A stretch of 59,186 nt of DNA, counting the filler, from Sphacelaria rigidula (Eukaryota), in assembly GCA_964200075.2 (NCBI GenBank). It is 10 parts of 10 records of this genome, joined end to end, with 100 filler letters (N's around TTAATTAATTAA, not from the genome) between each part and the next. Parts side by side here need not be neighbours in the genome. Positions count along the whole stretch, not along the records: positions 11,859 to 17,687 come from CAXNAA020024140.1; positions 17,788 to 23,616 come from CAXNAA020024141.1; positions 23,717 to 29,545 come from CAXNAA020024142.1; 7 more parts are not named here. One strand, given 5' to 3'. The notes under the pieces were generated by a model that had not been told where the DNA came from, made no database searches, and saw nothing but the letters and a program-made list of their open reading frames with translations. Below, piece after piece: positions 13,235 to 25,312 of the stretch. A program made the translations under genes and the position numbers. Numbering within the stretch: position 1 is the stretch's first letter; each line of letters opens with the position of its first letter.

Positions 13235-13783
13235 CTAGTCACCTTCCAAATTCATCAAGACCCGTCTGTTCCTCGCAAACAAGTTGATCGAGGGAGGCTT
13301 CGTCAAAATATCAGCACGCTGCCATCCCGAGTATACATGCACGACCCTGATCTCTCCCGTCCCCAACAGCTCTCGAATGACGTGATACCTCACATCAATG
13401 TGCTCCTTTCAGAACTGAGGGGGTTTTCAGCCAGAGCCTTGGCTCCCTCGTTGTCCTCGTACAAGAAAATACGGTGGTCCTCTCCGCACCCCGACACAGT
13501 CAGGGGTCGCAAAAACGTCAACACTACCTTCACGAACAGTCCCTCGTTTCCCCTTCGGTCATTGCGACATACTTCGCCTCAGTGATTAGTAGAGTCACAC
13601 AGTGTTGTGTGCGACTTGTTGTCGACACTACCACACCTCCATACGTCACAGCTACGCCCGAGACTGAACGCCTGTTGTCGGTTTCCTTCTTAGAGTAGTC
13701 TGCGTCACAGTAACCTCAAAGCCTGTCGTGATCTCTCTTGAACATAAATCCAAATTCCTTCGTCCCATTAAGATACTTCATAT
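13235..13783 (-). pseudogene. Ty1/Copia pol remnant (RT C-terminus and RNase H), with a stop and frameshifts
   Basis: Manual translation: KYLNGTK...GYCDADY..DNRRSVSG...SRTQHCVTL..TEAKYVAM...YEDNEGAKALAENPLSSER/HIDVRYHVIRE...RADILTKP...LEGD*, which are canonical Copia RNase H motifs. Confidence 0.92.
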
Positions 13784-14069
13784 AGACCCGTCCTGCACTC
13801 AGAACAATATCACAAGACTGCTCCAAGGGCTTTCTCCCTCACTGGGGCTTGGAGACTTCAAGAAAGATTTTGTTCACAAAACACAGCCTTCGTTATCGGG
13901 AGTAACCTGTGCACCTCCGTAGACACATATAATGTCAAGCAGTCATAGTCATACTCCAGAGAATATCTCATTGCCTAATATCATAAGGCAACCATCATAT
14001 CCGCATGTCCTGCACCAACCTGCATCTCATCATGTACCTGTACGTGTACTAGAGGTGGACTACACTACA
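13783..14069 (-). repeat. LTR copy (3' LTR, truncated) of small gag-bearing LTR element
   Basis: Direct repeat of ~15795-16103; begins TGTAG on the minus strand and is preceded by purine-rich aaagaggaaatgaggag. Confidence 0.8.
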
Positions 14070-14229
14070 GCAGCCCCAAAACTCCTCATTTCCTCTTTTT
14101 CCACGCAAATGCCCTCAGATTGAAAACCTGATACCTGACCCGGTTTAAGCGATCTCCACGACGACATCGCCTCAGATGTCCAGCCCAGGACTGTTTCCCC
14201 CGACACGGCCTGCTGTACGCCACCAGAAG

Positions 14230-15149
14230 AAACGACCGGTGCTGGCGGCAGTATCGCTCCACCGCTGGGAGCACCCCTCCATCGTTGAAAATGCAGTCCT
14301 TGTAGGGGCGGGACTCTTGCCCCCTCCTCCAGGCACCTGTCCAGCGCCCTGCGACAGCTGCTTCTGTTATTGCTGCGTGTCGCCGGCCTTCGACTACCCA
14401 CCTGCAGTACGATGGGGAGCAGCAGCTTGGTTTTGCTGCTTTCAAGCTTTCACAAAGTGGCCCTTGTCTCCACATGAGAAACATCCAACCTGCATCGCTT
14501 GGGCCCGGTTTCCGAGATTTCCCGGAACTGGCAGTCTCACTGGCAGTGGTCATCGTTTTCTCACCATTCGGTTGGCACTTGGACCCGGAGGTCCCGCTGC
14601 CGCTCTTCCGTTTCAGTTGCGGCTGCTGACGGCTCTATTTATCAGCTGCTTCAACCGTCTTCCATGCCTCCGCTGCTTCGCAAGCCGTATCATACACGAG
14701 CCCAGGGTCCTCTTTCCACCCCGCCCCTTCATGTATTGAGCACTTTTGTCTTGAGTTCAGGGGGAAAATGCCGGTGAGCATTTCTCGCGTGTTTATTTGA
14801 GCGAGTCCTGCTTTAAGCGTCTCGTCCTCGTGGAACGCACGCTTGATGCTCGCATTTTCGGCAAAACCTCCTCGAGGGCACCCCACTGTCCCTCGATTCT
14901 ACCCATGGCAGTCGGCTCCTTGCGAGTGGCCAACGCCTTCCGCATACCAACTGCAGCAACTGAAGGATCGATCTCTGTATCAATCCAACATTTTGCATAT
15001 CGGCCTAATGTCTCCTTCAGATGTTCATCATCGAGTATCGATCCGTCAAATATTGTACGTGACAGACTAGCGCGAATGTGCTTAGGCACAAGTTCTGTCA
15101 CGGTTAATAGAGCGACCTGTACTGTACGCCCCTTATTGCTCAATTGCAT
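14230..15149 (-). pseudogene. Degenerate gag-like ORF with CCHC zinc knuckle
   Basis: Helical ORF 14793-15149 lies between two LTR-like direct repeats; downstream (~14445-14495) the minus strand reads MQVGCFSCGDKGHFVKA* (Cx2Cx4Hx4C with the last Cys changed to a stop). Confidence 0.7.
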
Positions 15150-15400
15150 GACACATTCGACGATAGCACCCCCCCCAAAAAAGTGCCTGGTTTAGGGAGT
15201 CGAAATCTTCACGTAATTCGAAATAGAAGATGCCGTGCACCACGAGCAGCTGCGAATTCCCACGCTTGGATCCGTCCTCGTCAATGTCGCCCATATGAGG
15301 CGCTTCATGCAGCCTGAACCCAAACATCAGGCGCTGTATGGCCATTTTTTCGTGACACTTTTTGGCTGTTTTTTGGGGGGGGGCTTTCATGGAGAGTGTC
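15150..15400. mobile_element. MITE family A, complete ~250-bp copy with ~32-bp TIRs
   Basis: Left end gacacattcgacgatagcacccccccaaaaaa versus reverse complement of right end gacactctccatgaaagcccccccccaaaaaa. Confidence 0.85.
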
Positions 15401-15794
15401 TATAAGGATTACGAAGAAACTGTGTACAGTTTCTTCGTAATCCTTGCACAGTTTCTTCGTAACCCATATAATTTTGAAAAAAACGTCTGGGCATCTTCAC
15501 TGAAATGCCGTCCGTACTCCGGTGCTTTTAGCGATCCACTGGCATAAGCTCAGTAAATGTGAACGTCACCTCATCGCCTGCATCGCTGCCACCACACTCT
15601 CCTGCGCGCTGCCATTCTTCCTGAGCTGCACGCAATGCTTCAAGCCAACGTAGCCGTCCCTCTATTGTTCAACGAGCTGCCTCCCGTTACTGGCTGCACA
15701 CGTCTCTGTGTACAATGAAAAATATTTCTGCAGAAATTCTCCGCAGCTGAAAAAACCTTTCCCAGAAATTAGCGGGTTGCCTGGATAAACGTTT

Positions 15795-16103
15795 ATGATG
15801 GACCCCTCCTGGACCCAGAACAAGGTCACAAGACTGCTCCAAGGGCTTTCTCCCTTACTGGGGCTTGGAGACTTCAAGAAAGATTTTGTTCACAAAACAA
15901 GTCTTCCTTATCGGGAGTAACCTGTGCACCTCCGTAGACACATATAATGTCAAGTAGTCATAGTCATACTCCAGAGAATATATCATGGCCTAATATCATA
16001 ACGCAAGCATCATATATATATATATCCGCATCTCCTGCACCAACCTGCACCTCATCATGTACCTGCACATGCCTGTACGTGTACTAGAGTGGACAACTCT
16101 ACA
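15795..16103 (-). repeat. LTR copy (5' LTR) of small gag-bearing LTR element
   Basis: Direct repeat of 13783-14069 with substitutions and small indels; TGTAG start on the minus strand. Confidence 0.8.
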
Positions 16104-16245
16104 TTCAGTACCTTTACTACTGATGTCCAGTGTCTCTCGCACGGGCCATGTGACTCGCGTGCGAGGGCCCGTACTGCATTTGCCAGCCACATCAGCCTCC
16201 CCACTGTTTTACGGTGTGGACGATTCCAAGGGCAGGTCGAGAAAG

Positions 16246-17270
16246 TATACTCAATACTCAGTATTTTCGAGGATTCATACGTTTAGAACTCAAAATTTAT
16301 TGAGTAGAGTATTTGAGGTCGTACTCATTCTAACCAAATTTTGAGTAGAGTACTTGAGATCACGAGCAATGCTACGGTAGGGGTGTACTTTTTGCACGAA
16401 ATATTGTCAGGTTCCGAGGATCTCAACGGTTCAAGATGTACAAGAATATGGGTCAGGGCATTCCGGCTCCAAATTAAGTCGGGATATCGCCAGCACATTG
16501 AAATCGTAATCCTGGCGTACCCTCGTATAATTTCATAAGTCGTGTTTTGGATGAGATCAAGGGCTCCTAATGGTTCTAACCTCAGAAAATATTTGTGCAC
16601 CCCCACCGTAGCATCACCCTCATACTCAATCAACCCAAAATTTGAGTAGAGTAGTACTGACTTCATACCCCCGTGATACTTTATGGTCAAGAATTACTGA
16701 GAGTGCCTACTCAATATTTGAGTAGAGTTTTTGAGGTCGTACTCGATCTACTCAATATTTGAGTAGAGTATTGGAGGCCGTACTCATTCTACCCAAAATC
16801 TGAGCAGAGTTTCTGAGGCCGTGCTCGACCTACTCAAAATTTGAGTATTGAGGTCGTACCCAAGTGATACTCTATAGTCAAGTATTATTTAGAGTGCTCG
16901 CTCAATATTTGAGCAGAGCATTTGAGGTCGTACCCGATCTACTCAAAATTTGAATAGGGTGTTTGAGCCGTACTCGATCGACCCAAAAATTGAGTAGAGT
17001 ATTTGACGTCATACTCGATCTACTCAAAATTTGAGTAGAGTATTTGAGGCCGTACTCGATTATCTCAAAAATTGAATATAGTATTCGAGGTTATACCCGA
17101 CCTCCTCAACATTTGAGTAGAGTATTTGAGGCCAAACCCAATCTACCCGAAAGTTGGGTAGAGTATCTGAGGCCGGACCCGATGTACTAATATCTTTGGT
17201 ATGACTTTAACTTTAGTATTCAAGTTCGTACGCAAGATACTCAAACTCGGGCAGAGTAAATACCAACGTA
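16246..17270. repeat. 41-bp palindromic minisatellite array (about 12 dense units at 16700-17200, scattered units from 16250)
   Basis: Consensus TACTCAAAATTTGAGTAGAGTATTTGAGGCCGTACTCGATC, which in tandem gives an 8-bp stem CTACTCAA-aat-TTGAGTAG. Confidence 0.92.
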
Positions 17271-20200
17271 TTCCGAGAGTTTCCTACTCATGATTAGTGC
17301 TGATTCCCGATCAAACTTCAGCAAACATTCAGATACAGTATATTCGAGAAAGCATTTGGATCAAAACCAAATGGGCCGCCTCTACAACACGGACCGCCGG
17401 AGTCTCTTTTGGGGTCAGGTCTATCAATCCTGACCCCGCCGCGCCTTTTTATGCTCCTTCCTCTGGCGACTGTTCCGATGTTTCCGCGTCTTGCGCTGTT
17501 TTCACCGCTGACTCTTCCATGAAGGAGTCACATATGCGGCGAGTAGAGTCGCTCATTTTGATGTTACCTCCCCGACTACCCGTCTACTCGATTACTCAAT
17601 GGTAATGAGTACTGCTCTGTACTGAAAACAGCCAATCATCTATGTTGAGGATGGTGCTTTTGATTGAGGATGAGAACCCGGAGGATTNNNNNNNNNNNNN
17701 NNNNNNNNNNNNNNNNNNNNNNNNNNNNNNNTTAATTAATTAANNNNNNNNNNNNNNNNNNNNNNNNNNNNNNNNNNNNNNNNNNNNATCCCGATTTCCT
17801 CTCAGGCCGCAAAAGCGCAGACCCTATCGCAGCATCACTCTACACTGTACAAAAAACATACCTTTCCGCCGTCGGGACTTCGATTTAGGAAGAGGGCTGG
17901 CCGTGGTTGTGGGAAAAACGCAAAAAGTATATCCACCTACATCGGGAGAAATAAGAATCCACCCACCCACACCTTTTATTGTGACCGATCCCGCGTCGTT
18001 TTTTTTATTCTGGAGCGCAAGTTTTTTCAATCTGAGGCCCGTTAGGTATGTTCGCAAACAAAGTAAAGCCTTCACGTGTACCGTAGTGCAGGCAGTAGTC
18101 AGTAGTTATATCCTCTCCATCTGCATCCATTGCCATGTCCGTGCATCTGCATGTAGCCTCGAACCCTACAGTGAAGACGGTATAGTACTGTACTGTATTG
18201 GCAAATCACGGCTACCTACTGTGCTCGCGAGTACAGCCCGTACTTGTCACCTTGCACTACTGTACTGTCTGTGCTTGGAGAGTACCTGTACTTGTCACCT
18301 TGCACTACTGTATTGTGCGATCACTTTTATTAGACGTTCAGAGTCATACGAAGGGGGGTTGCCCATATGGAATGCGGTTGATTGAGTTCATTCTATGGCA
18401 ACCAACTCTCCGGTTCTAAAAACTTCTAGCAACTCTGTTGGACTTCTGTATTGTATTCAGGGTATTGCTCTGTACTATCTATGATACTGCTCTGCATTGT
18501 GCTGCGAAAGTTCTTAAAAAACGAAGTTTTCTGTCATAGATTTTCCGTCACAAGAAATCAATGTGACATGAGAAAAGGCCCGAGACAACATCATTTTTCA
18601 TGCTGAAAATTGGAATCTTCTAGCGATTCTCCATACCAAATTTAAAGGACAACTCTCAAAGTTGAGACGCGAAATCCAGATTTCGTGCATTTAGCACTTC
18701 TGTTCGTAATATATATGTTAATATTAGTCTGGAATACTACGTGCTCCATAACATAACACCAGATATATAACGAGTAACTATGCTAAGGTGAGGGTATCGA
18801 ACAATTCCCCGTTCTCCAGGGAGTTTTTCCACCAAAAATCGTCACCATCCGCTGTTTGTATCGCTCGGGGTTTCATGAAGACTTGAGTATGGATCCTATC
18901 TCCGTACGTACGGTGTACGAATCACACGACATAGCGTTTAATCAACGAGAAAAGTTGGTCAGGGCTTTTGAGCAGTTGGACGTCGTCCCCTTGATCGGAC
19001 GATAAAAAAAGATATGCAGATCACGGCCCGATTTGTCTCTGTCGATAAGATATGACTGTGAGAGCTTAAATTCGTATTTAGGCTGGCCAAGTTTGTCAAT
19101 CATATTTCCCCCGGGGGAAATACTCTTCGCTGGTCTTTCAAACGCCGATATTCGGCCCGGACGAAGTTGCATGGATGAATAAGCATTTGGCCAAAAACCA
19201 TGCAGAACGGTTGTACACAGACCGCATTACAATCAGTAAGATACAAACGAAACTGGTACAAGGACAAGATACAGCACTACTTGATATGCATCATGCTGCA
19301 GTCTGCATGAAGAGATAGGTGCCGCATGGCAATATTTCGCTCAACGGAGTGCCGTAGAGTGCAAGCCACTGTTGACGGAGTGGAGATGCTGCTGCAAACG
19401 GTCATGACAGTTGTCAGATCCTTCGTGTCTCCGTATGACCCGATCTACCCCGATCGTTCTCTGTGCAGGGGTTTCAGAAAATGCTTCGTACACGAAAGAA
19501 AGGTCGCTGTGAATAGACTACGCACAACAATTTACACGGCGCTGAAAACCTAACCAGCAAACACAACTCTCCCCTACAGGCAACTTGCGCGCTGTGCTTC
19601 TTGGGTTGCTACAATCGCGAGCTACATCAAGGATCAAACACCTCAAAAATAAACCGCAGGCGCAAGACCAACGCTCGTGAGACTCGCGTGGTGACATTTA
19701 CACACCTTGCCCGGCTTTATGTAACTTTCAATTGATGGGTGGTCTGAGCACAACGATGCTGGGGAGATACGACACGATTCAAAAGGGGACAGACCGCAAA
19801 ACAAGAACATGGTATTCGACAGTGCTAAAAAAAGCAAATCTAAATAAAAATCACGACCCACGTGTTCAGTCCGAAAGCAAAAAACGTACCACGTACGTGT
19901 GTATGCACGCGATAGGCCACAGAGGTCTGACGACTCGGAAACCCCATCAACACTGCCCTACAGTACAGGAACTGAATTCCCACCAAATCTTAGCAATACA
20001 TACAGAGAACAATCAGGCAAACATGATAAATTTAGTCAATGAAGAAATATGAGCCCCTCCTTGCGTGATTCTTCACCCCGTCTTTCGTAGGACGCGCGGT
20101 AGATCTGCGCCCACTCGACGCATCACGCTGAAGCTTGGCACTACTCACTGCGATGATATGGCCTCACCCAAACGATGAACCCTACGAGCGCCCAGTCAAA

Positions 20201-20929
20201 TCGGCGTCATTTTCGTTTGCAAAAAAATGACCTCGGACTCAAGCGAGCATCTGCGGGCATCTGGAAGGTTCATTCGTTGAAGTCAGTTGACTTCACACAG
20301 ACACCGAGTCATACGCGTCATAGTACTAGGAGGTCACTTCAACTTCACAAGGTTGACGCAAGACTTGTCTTCGCGGATAAGCATACTCTATTCTCGTCGT
20401 GTATTCCCCTTTCCCTGCCTGTGCGGAGGAGAGTGAACGAAAACCTACTTCTCCCCGTACATGTCACGAGAATAACGATACCTGCACCCCGACCAACACA
20501 CCAGCCTTCGTACATCGCAGGTACTCACGTTGCGCTAGATCGACCAAGCAGTGTGAAACAGAACGTGGAAACTATATCTCTACCCAAAAGTATGGAGCAC
20601 CTAGTCGAGGCGGGCGACGGCAGTCCACGTGGCACACGACCATCAAGTATTTCAATGCGGTATGAGAGACTTACGCCACTTGACCGCAGTCGAACACTGA
20701 CGACCACTTGATCGACTGAGAATAGTACGAGGACAGGGAGCAACCGGCCACACGCCTACTACTTTCACGCTCCATTGATCCACTGCAGAAACACGACGGC
20801 GACATTCCAAGAAATGCCACTGCTGCACACCATGACCGCGGGTGCAATGTTTAGACACGAAAGCTTTTATTTTGGACATACTCGAAGATTTCCTTCTCTT
20901 TTGAAAAAGTCACGAAAAAAAATACAACC

Positions 20930-21076
20930 CTATTTTTTATGCTTCCAGACGTTAAGGGCCAACATTATGATGATGAGGACTACGAGGATCGCGATGCACT
21001 TGATCGGGAGAGCAGACTTTTGGTGATCTTCCGCCTTTTGTAACTGAGACACTCCCTCTCTCGTGTGCTCCACCAC
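20930..21076 (-). CDS. STX16: Syntaxin-16/SYP4-type Qa-SNARE, last exon (SNARE C-terminus and TM anchor)
   Basis: acag|VVEHTREGVSQLQKAEDHQKSALPIKCIAILVVLIIIMLALNVWKHKK*; phase-0 join to the previous exon; not shown as a Met-started ORF in the track. Confidence 0.9.
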   Translation of the reverse strand: MVEHTREGVSQLQKAEDHQKSALPIKCIAILVVLIIIMLALNVWKHKK

Positions 21077-21539
21077 CTGTTTGTTCCGTTTTACACCATG
21101 GACATGAGGGTGAAAATTGCGATGTTATTCGGAATATCATCAAGACACGATATATCCAGATAGGCACCCGACAGTTGGTCGGCCCGAGCCCTCATAATTG
21201 GCGTTCACGTTTCCGCCAGAATCGAAAATAGAACTACAACAAATTTCGCTTTTCGACTCCCATCGCATTTATCGCCTGGTGGAGAGTACGAACTGGGCAA
21301 TCCAAACACATGGTTGAAGACTGTCCCCCACGCCGAAGTGCCGTTACTATACCATACCTTGCGTCGTGTACCTGAAAACACGTTGCGTGTCCACATATTG
21401 CACATGTGCGAACGCCACATCGGGTAAGTATTTGAAAAACTTTTTCTGCACTTCAAAAGTCAACTCGACAAGATCCCCTCGGAGACGGCCGTTTGGATAT
21501 GGGGGCAGTCCATTCTACATACATCCAAACGATGTATAC

Positions 21540-21640
21540 CTGTTCCATGTTGAAGTCGATTCGGTCGAGAATGGTCCCCTGGTCGATGACAAGGATCGCT
21601 AGTTCCTTGAAGATAGTGGACAGGTCTTCAATGCTTTTCA
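21540..21640 (-). CDS. STX16: Syntaxin-16/SYP4-type Qa-SNARE, SNARE-motif exon
   Basis: gcag|(V)KSIEDLSTIFKELAILVIDQGTILDRIDFNMEQ|gtat; VIDQGTILDRIDFN is the syntaxin-16/Tlg2/SYP41 signature with the 0-layer Q. Confidence 0.93.
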
Positions 21641-21829
21641 CTGCGACGAAGAACAGGATACAGTTTACAGCAAGGGTTCAGGAATTGCGAGTTAGGGATG
21701 TGGACTCGGGTGTGAATTACACAAACGGGAACGCAGGCAAATGCGTATTCGGAGAAATATGACGGAGAAAAACTGCGCGTACCAGTTCCCGTGTTTCGAA
21801 ACACAGCACCGATGGGTGATGCCGCGATC

Positions 21830-22400
21830 GCCTCCTCCCCCTCCCCCCCAAACCAGCTCCGAACCTGTCACGAAGAAAATGACCATACAGCGCATGATTG
21901 CTGGTTTCAAACTCCATGAAGTTCCTCATTGTTCTTTATTACTATCATCATTATTATTTTGTTTCATTTGTCGCACTTTGAACCCCTCCCCTTCCTCGGG
22001 GCGAGTCCGTGGTCTCAAGGGATGAACTCATCTCTCCCCAGGTACACGCCTTGCACCTTGGTCTCGCGGATTGGATCATGACCATCAGCACTCCCGCGTC
22101 GACTCACGCCAAACAAACTCAGTCGACTATTTCGTTCTCACGCTTTCCACTGTAGAAATCAGATACTACAAGAAAAAACCCGACACATCGGGAATCGAAC
22201 CTCCGTTCTCTCCACCCTGATCGCGACAGTTGGACCATTACACCACCGGGGCGCTGCATCATATGGGCGACATTGGCAAAAACGATCTAAAGCATGGGAG
22301 TTCCCAGCTGCTCGGTATCCTCGGCTTTCGTCATTCTGGTTTACATGTACATTTTGCCTACTCAAACCAGCCCTTTTTCTTGCGGGGGTTTTCGCGGCAT
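21830..22400. mobile_element. MITE family A copy interrupted by a SINE, inside a syntaxin intron
   Basis: gaccatacagcgcatgattgctggtttcaaactccatgaagttcctcat ...[SINE]... tcatatgggcgacattggc rejoins the MITE-A core. Confidence 0.75.
21930..22258 (-). mobile_element. tRNA-derived SINE, full length (~330 bp)
   Basis: Minus strand: GCCCCGG-TGGTGTAATGG (Pol III A box) ... GGTTCGATTCC (B box), a body shared with other copies, an A-rich tail, and TCAT duplicated at both ends. Confidence 0.88.
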
Positions 22401-22863
22401 TACTCCAATGTGCCATTTGGATCTCGTCGGTAGCATGCCAACCCACAAAGGTACGCTCGCGAAGCGTTCGAAAGACTATTCGGCGCGTGTTGGCAAGGGG
22501 TCAGCTACTGTACAGCACGTACCTGCAGTTAGCAGTAAGACTTTTACGCCAAGAAGACACAAAACAAAACTGTCCAGAGTGCTGTGCATCATCCGATAGT
22601 CTCCACACCGAAAAAAATAACTCAAAACGAAAAAAGTACGCCGAGGTAAGCACACCATGCATTCTGTAAAACTGGAAAGGTAAAAACATGCCGTTGAATT
22701 AGCACTCCTCGCTCCATGAAACCTCACCAGAGTGACATGCGTTGGTATTTTGTTTTCTTCAAGATTAGAGATGAACAAGAGCAGCAGGACACTGCACGCT
22801 TCACCCCCAAGCTAAAACAAAGCAAGTAGATAACAAGCATCACGGCATCATCTGAACACCTAC

Positions 22864-23017
22864 CGATGTTGTTGATCTCCGCATCTCGTTGCCCCACCAA
22901 CACCTCCGTGTCTTCCAGTACGGCTAGCTGTTGCTCGTTGAATCCTGGATCCAATCTGCCCTTGGCGTGCTTTGCAGCCCTCTCCTCTTCTTCCAAAAAC
23001 TGGAAAGCTCCATCCCC
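22864..23017 (-). CDS. STX16: Syntaxin-16/SYP4-type Qa-SNARE, linker/SNARE-start exon (more 5' exons not found in the contig)
   Basis: ccag|GDGAFQFLEEEERAAK...GFNEQQLAVLEDTEVLVGQRDAEINNI(G)|gtag; the phase-1 join gives INNIVKSIEDL. Confidence 0.88.
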
Positions 23018-25021
23018 CTGGTGTACATAGCAGCATATGCAAAAGCAAAAACTCAATATGCATCACATTGAAAGCCTTGGCTTGGCTCCAATCACATACG
23101 TAGTGTGACGAATCGGTCTCAACGTTGGCGCTTTTCTTTCAACCATATGCAGTCTTGCCATTTGTTATCCTCCTAAAAAATCTGCCAGGATTGGTCCTGC
23201 TCCAAGAACTGGAACGCTGTACGCCCCCTCAAATAAAACATAAAATGACTGGCAGCTAAGCACCTAACAAGCCCAGCACCATATACACGCTATTAGTAGC
23301 TGGCTATGTCCAATCATCTTTCAATCAGTCAGCGGTGGTGTTCCTTGGTAACTGTGAGTAACGTGTGGTTCATCTCCTCTGCTCCGGGAACTAGAGCGCC
23401 CCGTCGTCCTCATCTACACACGACAAGCTATGCTGATTTCGGATGCATCATGACCCAAACGTAAAGCGAAGAACGCATGCCGCGGTTTATGATGTATATA
23501 CTGAATGGAGCGATTGAAAAAAAAAACGCACACACATCCACACTTTGCCTGGAAATGAGGTCCAACCCTGCCATAAAAACCCGTTCACCTCAAATTCTGG
23601 GCGGCATAGCTCCCCCNNNNNNNNNNNNNNNNNNNNNNNNNNNNNNNNNNNNNNNNNNNNTTAATTAATTAANNNNNNNNNNNNNNNNNNNNNNNNNNNN
23701 NNNNNNNNNNNNNNNNGATATGTGCGAAAGCACACTTTTGCCTCGATTTCAGGGTGAAAAAAGCACGTTTTTCGGCCCAAAAACCGTGCTTTCGCACATA
23801 CCCTTTGGAGGGATGGAAGGCTAAAACCCCCCCGAAATAGTTTTAGCCAGGTCGGGAGGGATGGGGTCGTCCATGTAAAAGTCATTTGTCATGAATTTAG
23901 GTCAGGGTAAGCACAGCTTTCGAGTTGAACCTTATTTTGCTTTTTAACCCCATTTTCGAGAATCCACTGTTAAGCGGTTTCTATACCCCTGAAGTCCTGG
24001 AATGCTCGTGACAGTATATGCCGATGCCTAGTGTCGCGCAGGGGCATCGGTTACCTGGTCAGGCTGTTCCGAAACAGTCTGCTGCAGTTTGAACGCTGGC
24101 TACTTGCTGGGGGCATCCTCTACTGATATGGTTGATTTAGCACCAGGCGGAACATGTACGACAAGGTTTTCGGTGGCTATCACCACGACGCTTAGTAGAT
24201 CAATGCAAAGATGCTTGACATACATGCAGGAAGATCGTTCCTCGTCCAATCCCTGTCGCATGGCTCCCTCTAACTGTTGGTAAATTACTCATTCGCGTAA
24301 AATATGGCGTTTTCTGGAACGAATACCTAAAACAGGCAGGGTCTGTTCTGTAGTTTGTGTGGTATTTCTGGTATCTCGTTCCCTCGGTATCTCGGAATAC
24401 TTGGTTTCTTCGGCAGTCGGTATCACGGGTAACCTGGAATGCTCAGTATTTTATCAACATTCGATACCCTACATACCCTGGATCCCTCGACACTGCAAAT
24501 ATTCATGCGGTAGACGTTTGTCATCTCAGCATTCGGTGTTTGTAAGTAAACGAGAGCAGTTTTGTTGCCATGCTATTATTGTCTGCAACTGTAGCGGCGC
24601 TGCACGCAATCACATGGGTATACGTGCGCACAAGATCAAAACAGGAAAGAGGCGCCTGTTTTGAGGAGAACTCTACTCCCCCTACCCCCAGTATCGAACG
24701 CTGGGTTTTGTCGCCCGACATGTGCACCGTACTCTTCTTGCTTGCCCCACAGGAAATCAGCGCACATAATCCAAAGTACCCCCTCATCCCTGAAGCAGCT
24801 GAGTCGAGCCATCGATATTGTCGTTGCGTCGCCAGGCGTCGAGCGAGCAAGCAACTTATGTATCGTGTTGTACCGTACCGCACCGTACCGTACCGAACCC
24901 AACCCAACACGAACAGCAGACCACGATCGCCACACCAAGACGACAGTCGCCATCAACGTGAGCAATATCACCGGCATCATCTTCATAGCTCGCGATCATT
25001 CGATCATGAACCGGATGGGCC

Positions 25022-25312
25022 ATGGCCATCGCACACTTCGTTAGCGGTACTTATTCGGACGATGCCGTCGTCACGCCTGGGCATACGGAGTGCACGAGGA
25101 CGCATGAACACAGCAGCTGCGGCTGCGGGGGCGATGACGGCAACCGGGACGATGGCAGGGGCTCCAACGCGATCATTGGAGAGTGGAGTCAGGGGGAGGT
25201 GCTGGGCCGTGGTGCGCACGGAGTGGTGCGCAAGGGTGTTGTGGTTCAGACGGGTCAGATCATCGCGGTTAAGCAAATTTACACGATCGGCATGAGGCAT
25301 GCGGAACTGAAG
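25022..25312 (+). CDS. Ser/Thr kinase, MAP3K (STE11/NPK1)-like, exon with subdomains I-II (5' boundary uncertain)
   Basis: WSQGEVLGRGAHGVVRKG...TGQIIAVKQI...ELK|gtatgc; Gly-rich loop and AVK lysine. Confidence 0.85.

Noticed and set aside
16700..17270. CRISPR-like array of palindromic repeats
   Set aside because: The sequence between palindromes is conserved rather than unique spacers, there are no cas genes, and the context is eukaryotic
17788..20900. Short ORFs and a 48-bp duplication (~18240-18320) downstream of the syntaxin gene
   Set aside because: No recognisable domain or supportable exon chain
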